Assembly: GCA_022605425.2 (NCBI GenBank)
Contig: CM061254.1
Span: forward strand, 62,001-126,000
Direction: 5' to 3'
DNA: 64,000 nucleotides
Origin: Hamiltosporidium tvaerminnensis FI-OER-3-3
Lineage: Eukaryota > Fungi > Microsporidia
A program made the position numbers and the translations under genes. Numbering within the stretch: position 1 is the first letter of the stretch; each line of letters starts with the position of its first letter. The notes beneath the pieces are model-generated. The model searched no databases and was not told where the DNA came from. It was given only the letters and a program-made list of their open reading frames with translations. Of the stretch, positions 13,038 through 24,025 are shown one piece after another.

Positions 13038-13979
13038 CTATATAAATAAGAAATATGAGCCTTCGTATTTTTTAGAACAAATTTTCTTTCTTTTTGCACT
13101 GTAAAATCGACTTACGAACATTTTATTCAAAATAAAATGTTCAGTTTTTTTATTGATTTTTTTTACGAATTTTTGATTCTGAACTAGAATTAGAAATTCA
13201 ATCAATTTGCAAAATCTTTTAGAAGCAATCAAACTATTTTTATTTCTATTTGAATCTTCTATATCTTTAAGTATTATTTCTAAAGGTGGAATAAAGAAAG
13301 ACTTTTTTTGAAAACAAATATCCAATAATTGTCTGATTTGAAAATATGTTTTACATTTATCAAATACTTTGGAAACCGAGTCTAATTCTTTAGAATTTAG
13401 TTTATGTGTTCGTATACCGTTGAGTATGGAATTTAAAGAGTTGTAATTTTCCAAAAGAAGTAATTTTTTTGAAATTTTCAAGAATTTGTAAATTGAGTTT
13501 CTATTTTTAGAAATTTCATAGGAAATATAATTTTTCAAACAATTGTTTTTAGATTTGAGTTGTGACAGTGTGGGACACTTACTTTCAGACTCTTTACTTC
13601 CGTCATAGAACAATAGCTCAGATGGTTGTATGGATTTTACCATTTCAAAATCAATAATTGTCAATATTTTTGCTAAAGAATTTGATTTGAAATCCATTAT
13701 TGTTCGCTGACATATTTTTTCCATTTTTAATTTCCATTTAGATTCATTGACACCTTTTTTCAAAATAATTTGATACCTCGATAACGGTAATATATCAGTA
13801 GACCATAAAAATGTTATTTTACTTGCTTCTTCATCCATTTTTTTATCATTTTCTTCTTCATTTACATCCACTTTTATATTTTTCAATTCTTCAAATGTCT
13901 TATACGGTACGATAGTTGTCTCGCCGTATTTACAATATACAGAGATATATTTCATAAAATTATCTACTTTTTCATTCAT
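13038..13979 (-). CDS. RasGEF (CDC25-homology) domain protein
   Basis: LAKILTIIDFEMVKSIQPSELL, LLLENYNSLNSILNGI and FIPPLEIILKDI match the conserved CDC25 regions in order. Confidence 0.75.
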   Translation of the reverse strand: MNEKVDNFMKYISVYCKYGETTIVPYKTFEELKNIKVDVNEEENDKKMDEEASKITFLWSTDILPLSRYQIILKKGVNESKWKLKMEKICQRTIMDFKSNSLAKILTIIDFEMVKSIQPSELLFYDGSKESESKCPTLSQLKSKNNCLKNYISYEISKNRNSIYKFLKISKKLLLLENYNSLNSILNGIRTHKLNSKELDSVSKVFDKCKTYFQIRQLLDICFQKKSFFIPPLEIILKDIEDSNRNKNSLIASKRFCKLIEFLILVQNQKFVKKINKKTEHFILNKMFVSRFYSAKRKKICSKKYEGSYFLFI

Positions 13980-14447
13980 TAAGACTTTAATCTTCTGTCT
14001 TTTCTCTTACTTTAAATATTTATGAAAAATCCAATAAAAAATACGAATGTGAAACATTTCTATATAAAGATGTCAATCTAAACAATTTTAGAAAATCAAT
14101 AATTGGTTATCCACTATTTTTTTATTAATCATTTTTTATCTTTTTACACTCATTGGTATTTTTACTGATCAAAAATACTGCAAAAATTGTGATAAGAAAA
14201 AAAGAAGAAATTTCAAATATATTTTTAATTTAATTAATAAATTTATACAACGAATGTATTGAAGTTAAAGATAAAATACAAATTCATATTCTTATAGTTC
14301 ATCCTGTTTGAATATGAGTTATAAATGTATTTTCATATGTTACTAAGAAACTTTAAAATTGATTTTAAAATATTCTATCAAATGAACTATTTTTTTTAAC
14401 GGACAAAAAATAAGGTGAATATATTTTTTTAAAATTGACCCTAATCA

Positions 14448-14948
14448 ATGTTAAACCGAATGAAATGGATATTATATGTGTTATTGCCAAATATAACTAG
14501 TACAGGGATTTCAAGTGAGCGAAAAGCCTATAAAAGAACCTGTGAACAAATCAAGAGACAACAACAAAACAATGAAAGATCTCAAAATTATATTATTTCT
14601 TATTCTAAACAAGGAGAAACGGTAAATTTTGGACCAAATAACAAGAGGAACAAATCAAGAGTTTATAAAAAAGTAAAGCATGGTAAAAATGATAATGCAA
14701 GTACTGAATCTGAACAAGAAGGAAACAAAAAAGAAAGAAAGAGAAACAGAAAACTGCGTAAGAAGGAAGATTCAAAATCCAAAAACGATCCATTAAATAA
14801 ATATTTGACAAGTAGCAGAATATTGAAGGATGATCCCACTTTCGATACTATTCCCAAAGATGAAAAGATGGATGGATCAGGGCAGTCTTCGCATTCTTGT
14901 GTTACAAGCGAAGATTATTTTGCTGATACATCTGATTTTTGTGATTAA
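14448..14948 (+). CDS. Small secreted-type basic orphan protein with NLS-like tract
   Basis: CCC motif before the ATG, hydrophobic MKWILYVLLP segment, KKERKRNRKLRKK, and AATAAA downstream. Confidence 0.7.
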   Translation: MLNRMKWILYVLLPNITSTGISSERKAYKRTCEQIKRQQQNNERSQNYIISYSKQGETVNFGPNNKRNKSRVYKKVKHGKNDNASTESEQEGNKKERKRNRKLRKKEDSKSKNDPLNKYLTSSRILKDDPTFDTIPKDEKMDGSGQSSHSCVTSEDYFADTSDFCD

Positions 14949-15239
14949 AAAATTAATAATCAGTTTAAAATAAATTTTTCAGGAATTTTGTTCTCTTGTT
15001 TTAAAGAAGTTGTTTTTCATTCATTTTTTTAAAAAATTAAATAATTTTCTAAAAATGTAATTCTGAAGTATTCTAAGATCAAATTTTAAAATTCTTATTT
15101 TCTTAAGACAATTATTCAAATAAAAAAGCTCGAAACATTTCCTTAATTTAGCTTAAAAAAATTCTAAGATTAAAGTTACATATCTTTTATAAATTTTCAA
15201 TTTGATAATTTTGTATAAAAAAAATAATAAAACGATTTT

Positions 15240-16208
15240 TTATTTACTTTTCTTAAAAAGAAATTTGACAGCACTCAATCCTGCTATACAGCCAGAAGCG
15301 GCAGCGGTTATAGCTTGCTTGTATTTCTTGTCTTGAACATCTCCTGCCGCTAGTAAACCTTCAATAGATGTATGCATATATTCATCTGCAACTAAATATC
15401 CATCCTTGTCACATTTTACTTCTTCCTTATTTATAAAAAATGTATTTGGATCGTGTCCGATTCCAAAGAACAAACCTTCTACTTCCAATCGAAGAATTTC
15501 ATTGGTTTTTACATTTTTTAAAATTAAAAACTCCAAAAATTCGTTTCCACCAGCAGATTCTAAAACATAATTTTTTAAAATTTCAACTTTCGGATTATTT
15601 TCAATTTTCTGCAACAAATCTTTTCGAGCTCTAAAATTTTCACTTCGATGTATTAAATACACTTTACTGCCAATATTTGATAAATATCCAGCTTCTTCCA
15701 TCGCAGAATCACCTCCCCCAATGACAGCTATATTCCTGTTTCTATAAGCCCATCCGTCACAAACAGCACATGAACTTACACCCTTCTGCCAATACTCATC
15801 ATCATTGGTACCAGGAACAAACAATCTCCTAGCCTGTGCCCCTGTAGCCACAATAACACATTCGCTGTACCATACTTTACTCCCACATTTTATTACAAAC
15901 CACCCCTCTTCTTTACCCAATTCAGTCACCGTCTCACTCACTATTTCTATTTTTCCACTTTTCATTACCTGTCTCTGCATCCCCATAACCAATTCATTTC
16001 CCATTATCTTATCAGGAAACCCAGGATAGTTATCCACAGCTGTAGTAGTAGTTAACTGACCCCCAGGTCCATTGTTACCTATAACTTTACCTTCAAATAG
16101 TAAAGGACAGTACTCCTGTGTATAAAGACATGCACTATATGCAGCAGGACCAGATCCTATAACACACAATTTATATATTTTCTTATCATCTGTCTTATTA
16201 TCAATCAT
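15240..16208 (-). CDS. TRR1: Thioredoxin reductase (low-molecular-weight, fungal/bacterial type)
   Basis: GSGPAA FAD motif, GGQLTTT, CAVC redox centre, GGGDSAMEEA NADPH motif, AAGDV and QAITAA. Confidence 0.97.
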   Translation of the reverse strand: MIDNKTDDKKIYKLCVIGSGPAAYSACLYTQEYCPLLFEGKVIGNNGPGGQLTTTTAVDNYPGFPDKIMGNELVMGMQRQVMKSGKIEIVSETVTELGKEEGWFVIKCGSKVWYSECVIVATGAQARRLFVPGTNDDEYWQKGVSSCAVCDGWAYRNRNIAVIGGGDSAMEEAGYLSNIGSKVYLIHRSENFRARKDLLQKIENNPKVEILKNYVLESAGGNEFLEFLILKNVKTNEILRLEVEGLFFGIGHDPNTFFINKEEVKCDKDGYLVADEYMHTSIEGLLAAGDVQDKKYKQAITAAASGCIAGLSAVKFLFKKSK

Positions 16209-16564
16209 ATCTTCTAACGGTTTTTATTTCGTTTTTTTTTTTTTATAAATCAAATTACAAAAAAAATTATTTATAAATCTTTCACAATTCTGTAAAATTC
16301 TGTAAAATAAATTATTTTTTTTATTTCACTTAAAAAAAAAGTTTTATACAAACTATTAGAAAATATATTCAAATTATTAGAAAATCTATTTTAATTATTG
16401 TTTACTAAGAAATAAAATTATTTTTTTCTTTTCAGCAAACTATAAAATAGTTCAAGAATTTTTTAGAATTATAATTTATAAATATTTTTATGGCGTTTAA
16501 TGAAATAAAAGTTTCTTTTAAAAAAATTTATTTAAATTATTTTTAAATAATCTTTTTATGCATA

Positions 16565-17240
16565 AATAGTTAAGAGAGAATAACCAAATAAAAAAATTAT
16601 CTTCTTTAGACTAGTTATGTGGAATTTTTGTGAGAATAAGTATCCGATTTTTAGTGGTATGAAAATAAACTATATTTTAAATTTATGAATATGAATATTT
16701 TCAAAGAAAAGTTTGTCTACTGAGTGTAGAGAATTTTTCTAAAAAAAGGTGTAACTTCATATTTAACTATATTGTACAACACAGCAAATTTTATAGGTAA
16801 TTAAACTGTTAAAGTATGAAAACTTAAGCTTTCTCACTCGGTTTATAAAATAAGAAAAATTTTACCCTTTAAAAAGCCATAGAATGCAAAGATGCAGGCT
16901 ATACCGTTTGAAGGCATAAAAAAGTTTATGCACCGCCGTATAAGCCACCTAAATATAACTAACTGTTTGTTTATTGGGTTCAGAAAGAGTAGAGTAATAA
17001 AATGCTGTTTATCTCGGGTTGAAAAGGCGAGTTTTGACTTGCAATCACACTTAAAGAAATAGAAATTAACTTACAGTGGACAATTCCCATAGTCATTATT
17101 TAGGTTCTACATTCGTTTTAAATCAAAATATTTTGACTTTATGTATGGTAGAGTATTTAGATCGAGTACGAGGAACCGAACCACTTAAATATGTTAAACC
17201 AAGAACTACGTTTATGTTATGAAAACAATATAAAACACTC
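16565..17240 (+). repeat. Degenerate full-length copy of the ~690-bp non-coding element
   Basis: Colinear anchors with 49432-50125: gatttttagtgg, taggtaatt, ctcactcgg, gcaggctatacc, gtttattgggttcagaaag, atcacactt, taggttctaca, atgttaaacc, tgaaaacaa. Confidence 0.75.
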
Positions 17241-19151
17241 TAGTCTTCAAAATATGTGAGATATAATGAATAAACACAATGGAAGGTTAAAATTATTTTT
17301 AATGTAAAATAAAAATCTAAACTTATCAAAAACTTTATTGAAAAATTATACGGAAAGATGGTTGGTGAAATTTAATTTGAATTCTTTATTGATTAGTTTA
17401 TTTAGACATTATATTAAACGATATTTATCTTCGTTTAAGTAACAATATAACCTTCAAAAGATACAACTAATATATGAACCATTCATATTATATTCTCTTC
17501 TTAGTAGAAGAACAACGAGCCAAAAGAAATATAATTATAAATTTAGAGACAAATAAAAAGAATTCATAAGAAGAAAAAAGAATTTAAAGTATTAAAAAAT
17601 TAACTTTAGAAGTAAAAAATTTTATTTTTTTTAAGTAGAAACTATAAAAGAAAATCTTTCAAATGAAATAATATTAAAGCTCTTGAATTGTTTGGGAGAA
17701 CCTTAAGTTTTCGACTTATAATTTAATAGAATAATTAACTTATAAGACATTATAAAATTCTATTTAGTTTAAAACCGATTTATTCAAAATGGAAACATAA
17801 TTTAAATTGTATTTATAAAGCTTATTCAAAAAAATATTTTTTTTAAGAATTCTAAATTTTGATAAAATGAAAAATTGATATATCAATAGAGCCTGAAAAA
17901 TTAGAAACAATGAGATCTAGAGAATATTTGAACAAGAAAAACTTTTCTCGGACCATTCTATTAATTTGAGTAACATATCGGAATAAAAATATTACATATT
18001 TTATAAAGAATTATTGTTTTAGTTAGACACAAATTCCAATAAATAGGTTTTTTTTTATATTTTAGAAAATCTAATGAAAAGACCTATTCATTTAAAGCAT
18101 ACGTATATTTAAATGAAAACGACAAAATAACAAACTATTTTAATGTAATTTCAGATATGTCAATGTGTATATCATCATGGTGTAATTATATAATATAATA
18201 ACCATTTGATTAGCTTCTTAATACATATAGAGCAATATAAAAACCAATAAAAAATTTAACATTCAAATCCTTCAACAAACTTATAAAATATAAATTATTA
18301 GGGACTTTAAACCAAAATCCTAATTGTTTGAGTTTATCAGAATAAATATAAAAACATTATTATTTAAATTTAATTGACTTATAAATCAATAATTCATAGG
18401 ATTTGATTCAATTAAAGGCAAAATATTTTAAAATGTATAAATTCTATTAAAATACCAATTAAATATTTGTAAATCAGACACCTTTAAAGCATAGAAACAT
18501 GAAAAAAGCTTAACAGAAAGGCAATTTAAATATGGGTGAACTAAAAACTTAAAATAAATAATTAGAAATATAAACATATGAAGGTCTTCTAAATATAAAC
18601 CTTAATATAAACATTTCCTCAATTAAGTACTACGATTCTGTAAAAAGTATGGATTCTTAATACTTATAAGAGTATTTCATAATCTATAATACAACATTTT
18701 TTTAATATCTACTAGTGCTTTAAAGGCGAATGAATACCTTGGCGTTTTTTTGTTCACTTCTATGCTCCGAGAAGCAAAAGAGCACTAGAATAAGTACGTA
18801 AGTATAATTTTAATAAATTAAAAATACTTTAGAATTTTAGATTTTGAAAAAAGACAACCAACAAGCTTAAAAATCATTTATAGAATATCTTGAAATACAA
18901 TTTACAAATTTAAAAGAACTATGAGTGTTTTAGAAATATTCATAGTGAAATAAATGTATTATAAGAAGCTTAGCACATATAGAATTGTTTTTAAAAAGAA
19001 CAAAAGAGAAAATTAAAGAGTAAACTGATAAAGCAGAAAATTTATTTCATCTTTTTTTGTAGAGAAACCAGTATAGCATTATAAATATCCCAGAAAAAAA
19101 CTAAGATCAGTAAAAAAATGCAAAGAATGATTTCTCTGGGCCCAAACCATC

Positions 19152-20731
19152 TTACTTTTTTGACTCTGAATCGGTGTTTGGGCTTTCAGGTGCAGAAGAA
19201 CAAAAGAGAAGTTTAAGTTCTTCAGAAGGGAGGGTTAAAATTTCCTGTTCAAATATATGTTTTAAATAACTTTCCTTTATCTTGCTATCCTTTGCGGTAA
19301 TCTTCGTTTTTTCATTTATTCGTTTGTCTAAAAACGTTTTAAAACTATCATTAGAAAACAACTCCACAAAACAATATATTTCCATTAAAATTGTTATTTT
19401 TGGTACTTTATGACAATCTAAATAGTCTCCGTCTTGGGTTTTAACATATTCAATCTTTTTTGTATCGAATATTTGTTTATAACTATCAATGCGCTCTTTT
19501 CTTAATTTTTTTATAATTTCGATTTTTTCAGTCTTTTCAGATTCCGTTTTTAAAACATCTGCAAGGAACAAAAATTCCATAATAATTCTTGGAATATTAT
19601 TTTTGATTAAAGTTTCTTCTCTGAGACATAAAGCATTTAAGCATAATACAGCAGAAATATATTTATGATATTGTTCTGTTGTTTTTTCCTTCAGAAAATC
19701 ATATAAAGCTTTTATAAAAATCACATCACTTTCTTCACATAAAAGTTGTAGGAATACAAGAGGGAAGTTGGGATCTTCTGGTTTATTTTGAAAATTGCTT
19801 ATATTTTTCTCGAAATCAAATATTTCATCAAATCCGTTTGGGTTTTTGAAAACCTTTGCCTAAATTTCTCTGAAATAAATTTAAATACCTTTATATAGTG
19901 TTGATCAGTGAATTTAGCATTCACATCACTACTTAAGGATTTAATTTCTTGTTTTATAGTTCCTACAAGGAAATCTCCGTTCACAATGCAAATCATTTGT
20001 CGCGAATTGTGGTAAGATGTATCAGCAGAGTAAGAACCTATATAATTATAAAAATATCTCCATTTAAAGTATAAAAAAAAAACGAAAAGTTGTTCAAATG
20101 TGGCACTTGATAAGAAATCGCCTAAAGTAGATGATTTTAGACCTTCCATAAATTGTATTTTTATGTCTCGTAATATGATTAGATCAGTTGCATCCTCTTT
20201 GTTGAAGCTCTTTGATATCACTGACTTCATTTCCTTTTCTTTCATTTTTAAATTAAGAAGATTCTTCGAAATCTTAACTTTATTTGTTACAAACTTAATG
20301 AATACATCTTGCACAATTTTTTTAATATCTTCATTTTCTTTAGACATCTCAAGAAATTTCCCAAAGCAAATCATATTAAAAAGAAGTTCGGGTTGATATG
20401 CTTTAAAATCCTTTTCATTATAATCATTATAAACAATGATACAAATCAAAGTTGTAAAATGAATCAAGAATGGATGAAGTTCTTCTTTGACATAATCTCT
20501 TAGTTCGTTAAAATAAAAACTTGCAATTTTGAGCATTTGATCTTTTTTATTGATATTTATTTTGTTTAAAATTTCGGAAATACGTTTTTTGGCTTCTTTG
20601 TTATCCACTTGTATGTCATCATACGAAGTTTTCATATGCATTTTATTTATAATTGTAGGATCTTCCAAAATAACTCTAGAGCTATTTTCTGGTGGTAATG
20701 CTGCTTTACAAAGAAAAATATAAAAAAACAT
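19152..20731 (-). CDS. Secreted-type orphan protein, probably one ~516-aa gene (ORFs 19799-20731 and 19152-19724 joined)
   Basis: MFFYIFLCKA hydrophobic start. The downstream frame is open from 19859. Removing the 29-nt GT..AG segment 19860-19888 fuses the two frames. Confidence 0.6.
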
Positions 20732-21359
20732 AGGATTCTTTTTTTCTTACATTATATATTCAGAAATTTACCAAAACAAGATAGATTAATTTGAAAAAGT
20801 TGTTGCGCTACCTTTTAAAGTAAATTATCATTTTTTTTTCATTGTTCATTTGAAAAAAATATCAAATTGTTTCTTAATTTTGATCAATAGAATTAGATTT
20901 TCATTTTTTTTTGTATTTTTCGAAGAATGAAAAACTATCTAAACCAATAAATTTATATATTCCTATATTCTTCTAAAAAAACGATATTCTAAAAAAAAGC
21001 AAAAATACGCGTTTAGATGTATTCATACTACAGTTATACACCAACAAGAAGAATTTAAAAACAAATGACTTAAAAAAACCAACCTATTTATTCCTATGAA
21101 ATTATCAGAATGATGGATACACTCTATTACAAAATAAATGAAAAAAACTTGAATATCAATAATATCACTTAAAAAAGAAGCCACAAAAAATAAATTAAGT
21201 ATGAAACCGAACAAAAGACAAAATAAATATATTAAACTCAATCATTAGATATCTTTAACAGATAAAGTAATAGAAACCTTAAAAAAATAACAAATGCTAA
21301 CATTAAATAAGTATTCTTTTACAATTCAAACCCGTTTGTGACAATCAAAAATTAAAAGT

Positions 21360-21555
21360 TCATAAGATTAAAAAAGTTTAAATCCAATATTTTTTTTATT
21401 GAGTTTAAGATTTAACAGATGATTTTCTGAGTTTTAATTAAAATTAAAAGAAAAACTTTAAATCCAATCTTTTTTTTATTGAGTTTAAGATTTAACAGTT
21501 GATTTTAGGAGTTTTAAACAAAATTTAAAGAAAAAAATTAAATCCAATATTTTTA
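21360..21555. repeat. ~80-bp tandem repeat x ~2.3
   Basis: taaatccaat..ttttttattgagtttaagatttaacag is repeated. Confidence 0.75.
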
Positions 21556-21619
21556 TTTGACAAAGAGGTTTATAAAAGTCAATTCTTTAAATTAAACATA
21601 TCTTTTATTTATAAAAAAA

Positions 21620-21940
21620 CTAGTTTCCCACCGCGTGTTGCTGTGATTATGAATGAACTTATATTCAAGTATAATAAAAACAGAAAATACATTATTTTAC
21701 TAATTTGATTAGTATTTATATATTTTTTTAAATGCTTTTAAACAATAAATTCGTTGTTTTTTTTGTTTTAACCAAAGAAATAGAAAAGATTTCCATAAAT
21801 GAATCGGCTAGACAGAGTTATCATGTTAAAAGCACATTTTAACCAAGTCTACTCTCCATATTGCATCGTTTACATTTGTGCGTTTTATTGTTTCTATAAA
21901 AATGAGTGGTAAAGAAATTCACACTTTTAAATAACTTTTC
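21620..21940 (-). mobile_element. Helitron 3'-end remnant (decayed Pif1-type helicase C-terminus, hairpin, CTAG)
   Basis: The minus strand gives broken TIK.AQ..TMQY.GVDLVKMCF*H and KTTN, resembling TINKAQGQT..GLDL..CFSHGQLY. An imperfect hairpin cacagcaacacgcggtg is followed by CTAG and then T. Confidence 0.55.
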
Positions 21941-23405
21941 CGTTGGAACCGTTGAAATGTGTGGAAAAAGTAAAATACCCATTTAATAATACTTTTCAGT
22001 TATTAATACCCTTTAGAGTATCACACCCTCAAATCACACCCTATTCTTATTTCCTTTTATATTGACAACCTTTAAAATATCTCAATTCATATTATCAGTC
22101 ATAACCCAATATAAATGTAATGCCGTAAGTCCTTTAACAAATTTGAATTTACTATAAATTATAAAATAGTTTAAAAACTATCATAGAAAGAGCCAGGAAA
22201 ATTAACAATGAAAATATCAGATTATAATAAAAAAAGATATATTTTTCATGGTTTTGATATTTTTTCATTTCTACTTTCTTACAATAGAATTTACCAGACA
22301 AAATTTTTTTTTTAATTCTAAAAGACCTTTCTTTTGCAGTATCCCAAAAGAAAGCCTTTAAAATTACTTAAAGCTTAACAATAGAAAAATCTGTTTTTAA
22401 TTCAAAAGCCAAACAAGTATTTTTTAGTAAAATATAAATAATTATCTAAAGTAAATCATTAAAGGTGTTTTCAATGTTTTTTTAAATTTATTTAAGTTTC
22501 AAACTTCATAGTGAAAGTATTAGAAATATAAATCGGTTTTTAAAAAAGCAGTAAATATTCGAATATATTACTTTAAAAAAATTATCCAAATAATCTTAGC
22601 AATAAACAAAGAAGAACTTTTATAAGAAAAAAAGACAAATTTATTTTGTTATAATTGACGATCTTTTGCAATAAAAATTCAGATATGGTCTAAAAAAAGA
22701 GCTGTTTTTGAGTTAAAACCGAAAAATATTTGAATTGTTCGCAATAAATAGAAAGTTTCAGATTATCTCAAAGCAAATAAAAGAGTAGATATTGCCTATA
22801 AAAACATTTAGTACTCCATTACAAATTTTCAAGGCACTTGTGAAAAAATGTGAAGCCTGTTTGAGATATAACAGTCTAAATGCTATTCAAGACATACATG
22901 TACATACATGTATGTACAATATGATAGATATAATATGATAGATATATTATGTATTGCGTAGATATGAGGCGGTATTTAGAACACAATGATGGGTATTCAT
23001 GGATTTTAAACGTTATAGACACAATCTAAGTTTTTATAGCCATTAAATTTCCCGATTAAGTGCTTAATCATCTAAAAAAGTTATCGGAATAATATATATG
23101 AATTTTGGTGTGCCTATATCAATTAAAGCAGATAATACTAAAGAATTTTCGAAGGAACTGTTGCGTCAATTTTCATGGAAATCTAAATATAAGCATCTTG
23201 TACTCAAGAAATAGAAATCCATGCGCTTAGGTCATATTCGATAGCTATTTAAACTTTAAAAGATGGTTATCTAAAATTCTTATGGGAAATATAGAGAAAA
23301 AATGGATTGATACTTTACAATCAATAATCCATACACAAACACTCTTATTACTAAAGCCACAAATCATTCTTCTTTTAAGTTGTTTCATAGAGAAGTTTAT
23401 ACAAT

Positions 23406-23800
23406 ACTCAAATATAAAATTTTGATATTTTCTAAAATGATGAAGTGGTATTAGAAAATAAATATAACGGGTGGACATTAGACTCAAATTTAAAATTTTG
23501 ATATTTTCTAAAATGATGAAGTGGTATTAGAAAATAAATACAATGGTTGGACATTAGACTCAAATATAAAATTTTGATATTTTCTAAAATGATGAAGTGG
23601 TATTAGAAAATAAATACAATGGTTGGACATTAGACTCAAATATAAAATTTTGATATTTTCTAAAATGATGAAGTGATATTAGAAAATAAATATAACGGGT
23701 GGACATTAGAAGAAAAATATAAAATTTTGATATTTTCTAAAATGATGAAGTGGTATTAGAAAATAAATACAATGGTTGGACATTAGAAGAAAAATATAAA
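23406..23800. repeat. 76-bp tandem repeat x5 with internal 10-bp inverted repeat
   Basis: Units start at 23406, 23482, 23558, 23634 and 23710. Each contains TATTTTCTAA-15 nt-TTAGAAAATA. Confidence 0.92.
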
Positions 23801-24025
23801 AGTTAATTAAGATAAAATCTACATGATCGTGTAATAAATCTTTTTTCTTGCTTTAGAAGAGAAATGATTGCAAATAGCAACTCAAATGCAATTAAAAATA
23901 CTTTAAATATAAGTAATTATGTTTTGTTTAAAAAATAATTCTTTACTACAACAACCCGAATAAATGTTTTTGATGTAAATTTTATTTAAGAATATATTTA
24001 GATGTATATTTTTTTATGAAATATT

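Noticed and set aside
23406-23800. CRISPR-like array
   Set aside because: No unique spacers (only two recurring variants), no cas genes, eukaryotic context.
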